Of a stretch of DNA of 64,000 bases, positions 1 to 14,751 are shown in pieces. The DNA comes from Lingula anatina. Lineage: Eukaryota; Animalia; Brachiopoda. The stretch spans positions 124,001 to 188,000 of the forward strand of contig CM120649.1 in the NCBI GenBank assembly GCA_051362555.1, given 5' to 3'. Position 1 is the stretch's first letter. Every line of letters starts with the position of its first letter. A program made the translations under genes and the position numbers. A model generated the notes under the pieces. The model was given only the letters and a program-made list of their open reading frames with translations. It had not been told where the DNA came from and searched no databases.

Positions 1-8
1 TGGAGTGC

Positions 9-52
<44 letters not shown>

Positions 53-2504
53 CTGTATATCTGCAAGAGTTTTACACTGTGCAGAAAATGGAATAATTCT
101 TTTAAATCGTTAAAATGGATCCGTACACAGTTATATTGCAAATATGCATGGAAATTAGATGTGTATATTTATAAAATCCTTTTCTTGAAAAAGATTTAAA
201 AAGTTTGGGTTTTATTTCTATGTTTCAAAATACAACTAAGTAAGTTATTATATTTATTCAATCATGTTCTAGATCTCAAATCTCAGTAAGGAAATAAACA
301 AAATGAAAAAATAAACGACACAGTTTTGAAGCTGTCTTGACCACCGTCTTTTTCATCCCATGACCGTCGAAAATACTACTTGTTTCTTTTTACTGCTTTT
401 ATATCTTATATATGCACCTAGGCCTATCTTCGTTTTCTTGTTTGTTTTAAACTATATGCAAAATAAAATTTGCAAAGAGTTTCATTGAGTTCCTTTGCTA
501 AAAATTGAGGGAAAAGCAAAATTTTCTCCATTTCAATCATGGTTTAAAGTAAGAATCATGAGTATAAAAAAAATCTACATGTTATACAAAATTAGTTTGA
601 ACAAATAAAAAGTCTGTCTACATTTTTCAAAGAAACTGTTTTCTAAGAAAAAACAGCCAATGTGTTTCTAAATGAAATTTCCCCAGTAATTAGTTCTAAT
701 CATCTCATTACGTCAAGCTGCTCCCCGGGACACAGCCAGTTTGGTCGAGTCCTGGAAGTGAGCTCCTCTTGACGTCATTGGGGAGCTCGTTGGCATTTGG
801 AGGAACAGTCTGCCCCTGGACTTGCGTCGTAGGGGTCAAAAGTGATGGACCAGGGCTGATCTTACCATACAATATACTGAAGCATCTCGGAGCATTTTTA
901 GACACCTCAGGTCATTCAAATGTTGGAAAAATTATCACCACCGACATTATTTGATTAAAACACTTGCACTTTTCCTAGAAAACAGTATCTGTACATGTTG
1001 AACCAGAATGCGTATCTGATAGGGGTCTAAAGGCCCTACTGTTCTGTTTTTTGGTCTCCGTAGACAATTAGGGTTATCCGTCAGTGAAGGTAGTCATAGT
1101 TATTTATACCAGACATGAAAAGTAAGCATTTCTCGAGCATCTTAATAATTGGTCATGAGTCGTAGTTTATTCTTAGTTTACTATAGGGTAAATTGCTGCT
1201 TGACCTTTACGCGAACGGATTGTGAAACATCCACTTACTGGGTACACTTACTCTGCCCTGGGCACGAAACTTGACGTTTTCTGTGAAAACATCAGGAATT
1301 AAATAATGTGTTTTTGATAATTCAGAAGTTTCGCGCGAATAGATCATTTCTGACAAATACCGCAGTTGAAATGCTGCAAGCCCAAATGAAGAACATTGCT
1401 TTTTCAGTTTTGCTAATTGGCTTTAAATGCCGCTTCAAACCGTGGCGTTCTTTCGAATATTTTAGTATTATTCAAAGCATTCAATTTTCCTCAAATAATA
1501 TGAACTTATAGGGCAACACTCATAGCGTAATCGTTTATACAAATAATTTGATATCATATAAATACAAGTGTTCCGTCTACTTTAGAAAATACCAGTAGGC
1601 CTAATGGCTTACCTTTCTGCTGAATTTCCGACATAAAACTTAATATCCCCAAATACCACAATCTAAGGCTATGGTCTAGTTTACAAGATACATTTATCAA
1701 ATAAAAAGAGTTTACTACTGGTGCAAATGTATATTTTGTGGTTTATGAGCCAAAGGTTAAGCAGGTTTATCTATATTTCTTATAGAAAACTCTCTGTTAA
1801 ATACATAGACTACACACACACTTTACCCAAAAGAGAGAGTAGTCTCAATTAGCTGACCAAGAATGATACATTTTGAGAAAATTGCATTAACAAGCAGCAA
1901 ATGAAAAAATAAATTTGTAAATCTACGGTAACTCGTTTCCGTCATGGAGACCAGCGTATAATGCCGCGTTTTTACGGTTTTCAATTTGGTTTAATTCCAG
2001 GTTAATTCGGTCTTATTACAGAATCAAAAAAGAATAAAATGTATAATTTGTAATTCAACTTCTTAGATTCTATTAACTTTGCAGTCTAAGTGGTGAAACT
2101 CACATAAGTAATTCTGGGGGAAAAATACACCGGTCGGTTCAGGACAAGTAAAAATTTTCCAAAACCGAAATCCCCCCCTCCAAAAAAAAAAAAAAACATA
2201 TTGATACCCAGCGCACTTTCTCAGTGCACCCATTCTAAGTACCGCTCAGCTCTCAGTAACAGATGAGGTTCAAAATTAGCGTTCTGTCTCGCGATTACTC
2301 ACGCTTGTGATTTATACGGACACTTTGCGCAGGAGTATAACCAGGAAGAAAATATCATCAGTAAAACACAGAAACCCGTGTATCTTGCAATGCTCCCGTG
2401 AACTTTGCAGGAACTGATGGTCAACTTCCCAGAGCGCTTCATCACTAACTCATCGGCCTACCCACCGTCGGCTGGCACGTTAAAGATTAGTTGAAGCAGA
2501 CTTA

Positions 2505-2721
2505 GGGACCGCTCACAACGAATTTTAGCTTATGCACAATAATTCTAACTCCACGGGGACTCTCGCTGTTTGCAATCAGATGGACAGGTTAACATTCCTC
2601 CTCTTGCTTCCAAGTTACTGGTATCATCATCAGCTTCTCTGTAATCTACTCAACGCCAGGAGGCGTAACGTACAGTTAATGCCCATTAGCTAGGTCGGCA
2701 AAAGTGATTGTGAACGGTCCC
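2505..2721. mobile_element. PIF/Harbinger-type MITE, 217 bp
   Basis: TIRs GGGACCGCTCACAA / TTGTGAACGGTCCC (1 mismatch) with TTA on both sides. Confidence 0.6.
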
Positions 2722-3681
2722 TTAAGCCTCCCCTCCATAAAGGTAGCTAACAAACACACGTGTGATTAAGGACGTCTGTGTACATTTTCTTTCCCACCTG
2801 ATGGAGACTGATAACTAAGCTTAAGTAAATGTTGTCGTGGATACAAAGTCCCGTTAAAAGTATTTTACAAGTTAGTCAACACAGTTAAAAAAGTTAAAGA
2901 AATGCAAAAAGTGGATTGTATTTTTACGATGAATGTTACCATAACAGGACATATATGAGGGATTGCATATAGTAATTAAGTTGCATTTGCTCTTAGCAAT
3001 TGATAACGTTGCTCTATTATACGGCTTTGTTGTTTTATGAATAAAATACGTTAGGTTTATTCCAGGTATGGAAGGAGATTTTTTGTGTCAAAATTGAGCA
3101 GTCTTAATCTATAATAACAACTCGCCAATTATAATGAGTCTTAGTAGGGATTGCCGAAATAAACAGAAAATATTTGGAAACGCATTTGAATAGCGCTCCG
3201 CTCTTTAGATGAAGTGACAGGGTTAATTTGATATTGGGCATTATGAAAAAATATCAAAAGAAAATCAAAATAATTTACATTAATAATTTTGCAATAAGCA
3301 TTCATCAGCTGTGTGTTAAAATTAATAGACCGCACTGCCAAGCATGTCCCGTTTTGTTACGTCCCTGAAACACCGACCATGTGAGAACGAATTTGTTGTC
3401 TTTTTACATCCCTTTTTAAAGTTTGGACTATTTGATAATAAAGATCAGATCCGTAAATCGGCGTCAATGAACCAACAATACCACTTTCTTACATACAATG
3501 TGCTTGTGATAGTTTGCGAATATTCATTCATTAAACTACTCCCAGCCTGCACTGTGTGATGGGGGGGGGGGGTTATCCTCTACCCTTTGAAAGAGCGTCG
3601 TTGTGGGACTTGTGTAACTAACTGTTCAACATCAGCTGCATGAATATAAGCATAACAAAAAACATCCACAAAGAGACTTAC

Positions 3682-3860
3682 CTGAATGCAAATTTATACT
3701 GTATGGCATCACGGGAAATCCATATTGCGCAAGAAGGTTCCAAAGAGGCAGCAGACGATACAGTTTTGGTGCAGTTTCGCAGACGACTGTTGTAAAGCGC
3801 GTGCACACCTGGCTGTATCCGCTCTATCTGCTGGCACGGAGATAATATAGACCTCTTCAA
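3682..3860 (-). other. Candidate internal exon of an unidentified minus-strand transcript
   Basis: Strong acceptor TTTTTCTTTCTGCTCTTCTTTCAG and consensus donor CAG|GTAAGT; GC-richer than its flanks; no protein recognised. Confidence 0.4.
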
Positions 3861-4470
3861 CTGAAAGAAGAGCAGAAAGAAAAATGTGTTATGGACCAAG
3901 TAAAGATCGAGAAGGCATGCTGGTTACCATGGAAACGGGACGCTGGGGCCTCTGAAGCACAGAATTGCTCTTTGTAAATCACCCGACAGGCATGTGTGCG
4001 CTATTTTTTGACTAAAACTTTTGGCCTGTACAGATAGGCGGAGTGTACAGCGGATGGAATGCCGGTTACCCTTCGTCAGTTTTCCGGAACAACTAACCCA
4101 TGGCCCATATTTCGCCACGTTTTCTTTCCCTAGCTTGACAGTTACAATCGTTTGTGTTTGAATGATAGTTCTTTCCAAAGGTGCCGCTATTGCCACCCCT
4201 CCAGAAACTAGAAATATCACTTCATTTGGAGAGAAATGTTATCTCAGTAATATTTATAGAATTTTATTTATTTCGTGTTGTAAATATGTAATATGAATTT
4301 TTTCCATAACCATAAGACAACAGGTTTTGGTGGAATAAAGAGATTAGGTTGACTACAGTGCCGTGTTAGAAATGACTGCTGTGACATCATTGTGGTCTTT
4401 TGAAATATCCACATTCAGATTGGTGTTCACGTCCACTTTTTATAAGAACAGACGTCCTTTATCTCTGGTC

Positions 4471-4471
<1 letters not shown>

Positions 4472-4521
<50 letters not shown>
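4472..4521. repeat. (AAT)n microsatellite; other simple repeats at 16-49 (TG), 9217-9251 (CA), 14716-14747 (TG), 21402-21460 (ATT), 21946-21990 (A), 25806-25844 (G), 37326-37390 (TA), 61146-61214 (TA)
   Basis: direct reading. Confidence 0.9.
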
Positions 4522-4523
<2 letters not shown>

Positions 4524-4946
4524 ATTTTACCACGCACCTAAATCCTCTGAATGCGTACCATAGACCATAACAGCTTTCAATAGAAAAAGAAGTAGTAAAC
4601 GGTTTATCGACTTCTGGCTGAACGATAATAAACTATCCATCTGCAGACACTGTACACATGCTAATGTAAAACAAATTGCAATTAACACATGTTCACGTGT
4701 AGGGTCCTTTGAAAGGGGCCACAGCAACAGAGCGTCTATCCGAGGTGTTTTTAGTTTTAGATCATCTAATTCCAAGCTCTACAGGACAGAATATATGGGT
4801 AGAGCAGAATACAGTCTTCGGTCTGAAACTCACTGTTGCTGTTCAATTTTGGTTTATTTATTTCCTGGGGTCGAAGGAGGGAAAACATAAAAATATTCAT
4901 AGTGAAATAAGTCAGATGATATTTGCACATACATCATGCTTAAATT

Positions 4947-5080
4947 TGTGGTGGTGGTGGTGGTGGTGGTGGTGGTGGTGGTGAGGCTAGTGGGTGGTGG
5001 TGGTGGTGGTGGCGGTAGTTGTGGTGGGGATGGTGGGTGGTGGTGGTGGTGGTGATGGTGGTGGTGGGGTTAGTGGGGGT
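4947..5080. repeat. (GGT)n microsatellite, degenerate at the 3' end
   Basis: direct reading. Confidence 0.9.
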
Positions 5081-5325
5081 GGTCGTAGAGGGGCTGACTA
5101 TGCAGGTGTTGGTGGGGGATAGGTTTGTGAGGCCCGTGAAGGAAATATTGTAATGACAGGGTCCAGCATTGAGGGGTTTCTTTTATATATATGTGTGTAT
5201 ACTACATGTGTGCAATCCACATGTGTAGGTGCAACCAACCGTGTTGGCACGTGTTTAATTAACACTTTAATCAATCGCACATTTACTGCAAGCATGGGCG
5301 CAACGTTACATGTATCCTATGTAAG

Positions 5326-5396
5326 ATATTACATATAGATATTACATATAGATATCACATATAGATATTACATATAGATATTACATATAGATATTA
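5326..5396. repeat. 13-bp minisatellite, about 5 copies
   Basis: unit ATATTACATATAG. Confidence 0.88.
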
Positions 5397-6640
5397 AATG
5401 TTATTGCAAGCATCGAACTTTATTCGTAGTTGGAAAAAGCCAAAGACAGCTTCATTGATTGAATTCTTTCGGGTCACGTGTAATAATATTTTAATATTTG
5501 ATATTTGATTTTAATATTTGATATTTGACAATATATGATAAATTAAGCAGCCCGCGTTAAGCGTTACCAGGTCCAGAGCAAACTTCTCACAATGGAATTT
5601 CAATTAAAATAAATAAATATATAAATAAATTAATTAATTATTCCTTATTTTTTATAGGATTAAATTCATAAACGGGAACCGATTCTCTGTACAGGTAAAT
5701 TTGACGTTGGGTAGGTAGTTCCGAGTTCAAATACATAACCCTCAGTCACAGGTGTAAATGAAATGGCCTCGTTGTAATACATTAAAGGTAGGCCTAATAC
5801 TTTTGTAAGTTAATTATCCATACAGTAGGCAACCACACGTTTGAAAACAAAATAGAGCACACACACATACCGTTGTACCCGAACAGTAAAAGGTCAATAT
5901 CCTCTCTGTAATTCTTCGCACTTTTACCCAAAATTATAGCAAAACCTGGAACAGGTATCTTGTCAGTGCTCCCTGTCACTTGGGAATCGAAACGCTGCAG
6001 CTCTTCTTTACCTTAGTGTTGATACCATGGCCCAAGCCGGTATTGTAGGTGGAAGTAAATGCCTTTATATACAGTAGTCGTCACATTAAGTAGTATTCTG
6101 ATCGTTTGCCGTGTAGTATCACTTTGACGTTTACTTTCACAGTTGGGTTCCACTTACTCTGCTTTACCTGCCAGGGATCATATAACGGTAGTTTAACTTG
6201 GAGTCGGCAGAGCACTGAATACTCGAATGTGCGTCAGAGCGGGATAAAAATAGCTTGGGTAATTCGGTGGTCGTCGTTAGGGGCCTAGACGCGGACTTGT
6301 TCGAACACAAGTACCCCAAGGTGAGCGAAAGTACACGGAGTTTTAAATTCTAACCTCGTGCCTGGGAATGTCACATGACTGCTGAGCGCGTGCGTGAATC
6401 ATACGTTATTCCACCTGGCCAGGCTGTCGGTTGTAAACCATTTGGAAGAAATTGTCTGTATACTTTATGGGCCAACGTTAACATTTTGTTCTTGGTTAAT
6501 TGAAACCTTAGATATATCTCCAGAGTTGCCTAAAATAAGCACCACTGCAACTATTATTAGACGAACTGCTTCAAAGAAAGTTGGGCAGCCAATTAAATCT
6601 GAGTGTCTGTGACATCGAGCGCGATGATAGGTTACATGGA

Positions 6641-6825
6641 TGACGTCACGTTGACGTCACAGACATGGTCGTCTGCGTGGGTTGTGGAAGGATCTGAGAT
6701 GGCGCCGGAGGGTTTAGAACTTGTTTTACATTCTGTGGAGTGTATCTTTTCTGTTCAAAATGTGTTTCATTTTTGAAGCATTTAAACTTACTCATTCCAA
6801 ATGATTCCTTAAATATGACGTCACG
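6641..6825. promoter_or_regulatory. Cluster of three full CRE palindromes (TGACGTCA)
   Basis: TGACGTCA at 6641, 6652 and 6816. Confidence 0.35.
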
Positions 6826-9215
6826 TCGTCTAAATTTAAACTGATTTTAAACTGAAATATATTATTTTACTTATCTCTCGTCTACTGTATTTTAAGGAGG
6901 GTAATGTTTGTTATATCTTAATGGCGTTTCTTGGAAAAATTGAACCTCATTGAGCGTATGGGCAACAGCTTATTTAAAATCCCTTCAAAACAATATCCTA
7001 GTACAACTGCTTCTTCGTTGCTTTTTCCATCAATACAGTGTACTTGGCATAAGAACCGTTCAGAACAAATTCGGTAATTAAGAGAAACTAATCAAGAAAG
7101 TTCGGTAGATGCTTCCTATATATGCGTGGGAAAGATAGCGGTCAATGCAGCTTGATTGAATCTTGTGAAGTCCGTCAAAAGTTATAAATAGCTTTCATTA
7201 AGCGCTTTGGGCCCAGGCCAATTCATGGCGCCTAATCTGTGATGGTTTTAGATGTTGATTAGATCGATGTGAAAACTGTGATCGCACGCTGAATATGGCT
7301 TAAAATAACACGGTGATAGGCAGATTGTGTAACTGTTTAGAGACTGATGTTTATAGGTCTAGCTTGGTATTGGTGTATTGAACTAAATTAAACGATTGCA
7401 CGATGGAAGGTGGACTGCGCATGCGTTATCTAAGAGAACATTAGCTAATAACCTCGGCCGTGAATCTTTTAGTGTTTACTATGGTTTAAAACAGAGTAAG
7501 CTTTGCTAATAACGACAAAAAAGCGCAACGTATTGGCAAACTACGTGACTAAAAGGAGTCATCACAAGACGATGCCAGCACTTTGGTCTGAATAAAGCTC
7601 TTATGAAGAGACAAAAGTATCAGACTAACTATCTAGTACCATACGTTAAATGTGTTGATAATAAAGGTTCATTGAACTGTTTGCCCAATATACAAAATAT
7701 ACTGAATGCAGATTGTTTTTTGTAAAGATGACCAAGCACCAAGTCCAGCAGTATTACTCATTACCAAGGTTTTGAATACAACATGTCCACCGTTTTGAGA
7801 ACTGTATACCTGCCCCTTTCTCATACAACAATGCTTTATTGCAAAAACCAGGAAATGCATGTAAGTAACAAAAGCCATAATAAGTGCTTGCGGGAACCAG
7901 GCGTCGACCGCCTAGAAAAAAATGTTCTTGGAAGAAAACCTCCAACGGCTTCGAAGTGTGTGTAATATGCTAGGTTTGATCAGATGGGCAATTATTGATA
8001 AACAGCTGTCTAGCTATAATTTAACGTTATTGACCGTCCAGTTATCGTATTGCTATCGATCTCAACTAACACAATGGGTGCAATAACGTGTCTCACCCGG
8101 GCACAATTAGCTCCCGATCAATCCTGACTAAATGGCATTCAATAATAAAACGTCTGGGAAACACTACATTGCGGTCCAAATTGAATCAAACAAGACAGTA
8201 ATAGTTTATAACTGTAATTAATAGCTCCAGTGGGATTGTTAGTACTGTCGAGCAGACGGTGCAATTGGACTCGAGCCTCTGAACGAATAGTAATTAATTG
8301 TTTTGCAGCTGCCGTTTTCTATTAAGTGAAATGATGTTAAACATCCCAATAGAATTGTCGATTGGACGGGTGCAGATGGACTCTTGTACTCTTCACAATA
8401 CTTATGCAAGAGAAAGAAACACTTTCCATGTCGATAAAGCAGTGGTGAAATTTCTGCCAACACGCATTGCCATATTCTACCTTAGTGAACAAATTACTGT
8501 GCATGTTCTTCATTAAGGGTAAAAAGTAGCACAGAGAAATCGAGTAGTCAGTGCTATTATTATTATTTTTGGGGGTGGGGGGTGGGGAGTAATTTTGATG
8601 GATTATGATTATGGTTCTTTTTATGTAGAGATATTGTTTTCTATATTTTATCTTTTTTCTACTTTCAACATATTGATACCATTCACGGTTATAAACAACT
8701 CTTACCATCTACCTGAACTATATGCATCTCGTGTCAGCCGGTAAACTTACTTAATTTCCTGTGAAGGTAAGTTATCATCTGTGATGAAAATGTTCTAAGA
8801 AGAATCTAAAATCCCGATAGACATCTTGGCATTTTATATAAGAAATTTAATCTAATGGCATAAGTTCTGATGTTTATGGTCCCACTTTGGACCTATAATT
8901 AACGTAACATAACTGAGATACTGTAAGTCGCTGTGAACAAGTAGGAAATATAATCTGTCTCCCTGAGTGCATTGCCGCCGTATTTTGGCGGCTATCAGTT
9001 CGCCGATAACGTTACAGACAGTATCGAAATCGAACACATCCAGGACATGCTTTTGACACTTGACCTCCCCATTAGAAATCAATACCCACTACAGTACTGC
9101 AAGGAACAGCAGATACTCTTAAGACATCTTTATGGCGATTGCAGGATTACAATACACTCATTGCAAACGCTTAAACTCTGGAAACATATAGAGGCGCCTG
9201 TTTGTGTTGAAAGCA

Positions 9216-9253
<38 letters not shown>

Positions 9254-12200
9254 TACAATTGAGTCACTAGCAAGAATATTCACATGTCACGTCCCAAACA
9301 TCTCTACTGATAAATATTGTTTACACTTTGCCGACATTCATTGAATACCGCAGTGGTCACTATTAAACTTAAAGACAGTACTTTTAGATTGCATATTATA
9401 GGTGGTGTTAAAAAGTGATCAATAATATCTAGGACTCACAGCTGTCATCTAAGACATTATTGAAAATCGATAATCGAATTGTGTCCTGGATATAGCCTAA
9501 TATACAGAGAGGGTCCAGCAAGGGAACAATACATCGCGTGATGTGTGCAAAACAGATACTTTTCCAACAATACTGTGTTGATTAGCCATCAAAATCTATT
9601 TTAAATACACAGAGTTTTAATATTTTACTGAATTAACAGTTTATTCTAATTGAGGACAGGGTGGTAAATATATTATAAGAAACTAGTTCCACCTGTATCT
9701 TCACTAGATTGACTTCAGGATATTGTAATCCTTTAGTAACATCCAGATACGAAAAATGAATTTTTCCTGCCTCTAATTATTCGATGATGCATCTTTCTGC
9801 TGATTTTAAAAAATGAAAAAATATAAAATATCGGCGTTTTTTTTCGTTGCAAGAGGTTAAATCAAATCGAACATATCCAGCTTTGGTGTTGTTGAAGAGT
9901 TCCCTCTGTGTATAAACATGTATTATTCCAATTGTTGGTCAGAGGAGAGAATATTTGGGTAACAAGAAGAGGCTGTGTAATGGACTTAGCTCCTGGCACC
10001 CTCCCCCTCATCAATATGGAGTGTCCGGACACCCAGTCTTCGCAGCCCTTTGGTAGCTGGGTACGGAATGCCACTCAAAATGTTTTCGAATAAAATGGGG
10101 AAACTTATGAAATAATTAGGTCTACAAAAGCTTTTTAAAAAAGAGAAAACCTTCCACAGTCCTACTAATAAAAGTGCATTTAAATATTCTTAGTTAATTT
10201 TCATACAAAAACGGCGTTATTTCTTACCTGGTGTAGACTTATGACTTATAATTTTCTCCTATACTAAAGGCACAGCTGCAACTTAAAAACGATCCTACTA
10301 ATGGTAAGATTTTTATTGATTTAACACCGCCTGTACCGGGTTGTCAAGAACCTCTCTTAGCAGGGGGTGAACGGAGACAGATTCAGTCAATTTTCAAAAT
10401 ATTACATCAAAACATTCATAAACATCTCTAAAAATCAACCCGTGTTCCTTGCACAGCCCGGCAGTGACCTGGGGCTTGGCGAGGTTAGCTGGTCAACACG
10501 TTGACAATGACACACCGTGCAGTGTTTTGATTTGAGTATAATGCTATGTTTAGAAAGGCATACAGCAGGTTAAATCGAAAGCAGATTTAATAATAATGAG
10601 ATGCGATATATATATTCCGTGATGCGCTTTGATTTGGGCTTAATGATATGTTCAGATAGTCATTTAATCGGGTTTTACATGATGTAGGCATTTTGGTACA
10701 TTGGCACATTTGGTACCTAGGTAATTCATTTCACATTTGGTAATTTATTATTGTATCATAATAAGTAAGCGTTATAAAATCAAACGGCAATGCCCGCCTC
10801 CAGCTCTTGTAAAGAGGCATGACAAACAATCTTACGTCAAAAGATGGCCACTCTTCCACAAAATGTCTAAGTTCATTGTGTATTTTAAATGTACAATGCG
10901 TGTACCTTGAAAAATGTTGGTTTGCTGTCTCACTTTTGACATAAAAATGTGCCAAACTCGCAGAATCAATTGAGCTTGTACAGCATGTTGAAGAGCTTGC
11001 AAGACTTAGTTTGCGCACCTGTCTATAGGTTTATGATAGTACGAACTTTGGCTTAAAATTACTTGAAATATGGACAATCAGCTTGAAAACAAACAAAGTC
11101 CCGATTTTAGGTCTACGTGTAGCTATTGCAGGTTTACCAACTCTGAGCAAATGTTTTCCTTCTACGCATATTTGGCAATTGATCACGTTTGCCTCCAGGT
11201 TTTATGCCTTTATAAATAACACGACAAACAGAAGTTCTCCTCGTTCTGAAGAAAACCGTGACTCTGGCAACATTGACACTGTGAGGAAGTCAGGTGGTCG
11301 CCATTGATTTCCTTTGCTAGAAGGTTTTCTATATGTGACTATGGCCAGCCCTGCTCTTACTCATATATGCTGGAATTGTACCAGGAAATCTGTGTTGAGA
11401 TATTTGCTTAGTTTATAATTCATGACTTCGTGTCAACATCAGATGATAGGCTCAGAATACTTTCCCAGGGGCCGCAGCCTTCTTCAACGGTGTGTTTTCA
11501 TTACACGTTTGGTCTTGTATTTTGTCCGATGTGACAGGAATGGTAGTCCGCTAAAAACCGTAGTCCGTTCCCCATTAGTGACATTCGTCCCATATACTAA
11601 CCCTAATACTTGGTCTAACCTTAACCTGTACTAATCATATGAGTCCCCGACTTCATTCCTAGCACTACCATTGATGCCACACCGGTACGGTGAAACCCAG
11701 AACGGCATAAACTATGTGGTTGTTTGATGTTTAGAGAGGTTAATAACCGAGGAAATCAACCAGTGGAGATTGTCCTAACAAGCTGTGGGAGACTTCATGT
11801 GCAAGTAGACATTCCAGTTATTTTTAAACTCCTTTCAATTCTCAACAAAATGTCACGCATTCTAAATAACGTACCACAATTTCTTTGCATAAGAATAATT
11901 TATATATTTGTCGTAATTTTAGCTGTTGTTGCATACTTTGTTAGAAATATGAAATATGTAAATGACCAGCTTTGTCCGTCCCCGCTTTGTTGTAAAAAAT
12001 GGAGCAGGCACCGTTTTCTTTAAGCTCTGGACACTTCTCCAAAATCTCCAGAGTGAAAAGCCATTCGTGACGTGTACAATGAACACCTACGTCACTCGTT
12101 ACGTAACATGCAGGAGCGTAACGCCAGTTCCTTAATTCATTTATCAAAGTATTTGTTTCTAGCTAACACAAGAATTGTTCAACAAGCAGGATTACTTAAC

Positions 12201-14714
12201 CCGTGTGTCACTTACCGACACCCAAGAGCCGAGAAAATCAATAGTATTGGCAATATTAAAGTTCTTCTTACCACAAACGTCATTTTTCTAACAACGCAGT
12301 GGGCGTCTTGTAACGGGTTTGGGTAATTTTGTAAAACAAGTGCGCTTCGTGGTCTGCAGCCAATTAATCAGGCAGGGTAATGCAATCAATCACGTTAGCA
12401 CAACACATTGGGAACGGTTTACGCTGTAAGGAGAATATGTTAGCTGGGTGAGCGCAATAAATTGTGAGATTGTCATGTGCCGATCACACAGCAAACTGCA
12501 CAGGGGCCTCTTTTGGAAATGATATTTAGCCAGGCAACTGGTCTTAGCTTCCAGCCCAACATTTTTGTTAACTTTGACGCAAGATAGTAAGTAGTGGTCC
12601 TATAAGATGAAATATTGTATCTGTTTCTATAGTAACAACAAAAAAGCCATGACTTATGCATCACTTTAACAGTTATTTTGTTGGAGTGGACTAAAATGTT
12701 CTATATGGAGCTATCTTGCGCTGAAGTAGGCCATATTTATGGGCTCAAATTTAAGGATTTTTTGGCAAATATTTTGTATGTGTGATACAAACTGCAGGTT
12801 GCACACGCTTGCAGCATTAAGAAACTACCTCAATGAGAGACAACAGGCACAGAAAAGTTAAAGATATGACATATTTTAATTTTCATCCAACTCACAGCAA
12901 GTTACAGAAATAGTCTAAATTCCATCACATACTTCTTACAGTGCAAGGTGGCACTTGCTAGAAATCGTTACTAGAATCACCGAAGCGATGGCAAAGAGCT
13001 TCACAACCATACTGAGTCGCCCCAAGAATAACAAATATGTTTCCACCGTTTATCATGTACTAGCTAATGCGTTTAAATACAGAACAATACAAAGTGCAAA
13101 CAACCATAATAGGAACAATAACAACAACATGTTCGTGCGCCGCAAGAACAAGAGACAGAGAATCCAGAAAACAGCCACCAATATCGGGTTCAATTGTCGA
13201 TACAATGTGGACTGAAGCCGAAAATTCCTATTGCCACTTGATATCGCCTGAAGAAACAAATAATTAATTTATAACCGCTGTGTACAGCCAGAATCTTTTG
13301 ACAGGGGACGACCTGGAAGCGTTCAGTGGTTTTCGGCATTGATTTACGTTATCTTAAGAAGCAAGGGTCCAGAAAACAACCTGCACTGTATAGATGTCCA
13401 TACCAGGGGCACGGCGTTAACGTTGGTTATCCATTTGGTAAACTTAGGCAAACACAATGATATAACTCATATACACAACATTAACATCAACGGTTATCCT
13501 TTTAGCAAACTTATGCAAAAACGATGATGTAACCTTCAAGTCGAAGGTGACACTACTGTGACAATTGATACGACGACGACCTGAAATCATTAGGCGACAA
13601 AATGACATCAAATAAACATATAAAACTTTTTGATAACATCCTCCTCTTAACCCAGGCGTTACAAGATCAAACATATACTCTGATACCCTGTGTTACGAAA
13701 TAATTTAGGACGAAATTTTGTGGAAAGTGAGACAAAGATGTCAGTGTACGTACAGTACATGTAGAAGCTATGTACATAAATCAGTAACAGTCAAATCAAA
13801 GTCAATGCTGCTTCGGTTTTATAAAAACACAAACATTTCAGACCAATGGCTACTCTATTAAGTAAGCTACTTCATGTGTATTCTATAAATATTGTCTAAA
13901 TTTTAATTTAGGGAGGTTTTAGAGGTAAAGCTCCTATTCCAAGTGCACTGGGCAAAGTTTTGAATAGGTTTCATTGATAATCCAAACTGAAGAAACAAAA
14001 CCGATTTCAGTGGCCACGAACATGGATACTCTGTTATTTTGTTTATTGGACTGCGGCATATGTTGCGCAATGTGTTTTATAAAGAAAGGACGTTAATTAT
14101 GTTGATTTTGCTAATTGTCACTGACATCTGACCCTTGGCAATGAGGGGTAGAGACTCGGCCGGGTTAAAAAGGACAATTCTAACTGGAAATTGCTGCCTA
14201 GAATTCCTTGTTTCATTGAGTTTTATGTGTCTTACCAAACTATTTATACATTGACTGTACCTGATATATCCTGTACAATTACTGACATGGCAAGTTTTTT
14301 ACAGGTTTTCTTGACGAAATGTCAAAGATTCAATATATTATTCATTAATTTGGATTTTGAGACACACAGAATTTGTAACTAAAATGTCGCACTCCCAGCG
14401 ATACGTTTGACAGGCATGCGGTTCAAATAACAATATTTTGATGGTACCTTGATGCCACTGCATGCTGCCATAAGAATGCCTTTCTCCATTTTGTCTTTAA
14501 TATATAAAAAAGAATATACACATGTGAGTATTGTCTATTTCACATGCAAGTACGGATCGATTCAAAGGTCCTTGTATACTGTAAAATATAATGTAAAATA
14601 AACAGACTGAGGCTCTTGCGTTAGTTCCTTGTGTCTGTGTAAGGGCAGTACATTCTCCGTGCGTGTTCAGGTAAATACATACCATGTACTGCAACGTGAT
14701 GCTGTGCATTTGTA

Positions 14715-14751
<37 letters not shown>

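Noticed and set aside
13647-14167. TTAACCC...GGGTTAA as piggyBac-like ends
   Set aside because: The inverted match extends only about 7 bp, which is insufficient.
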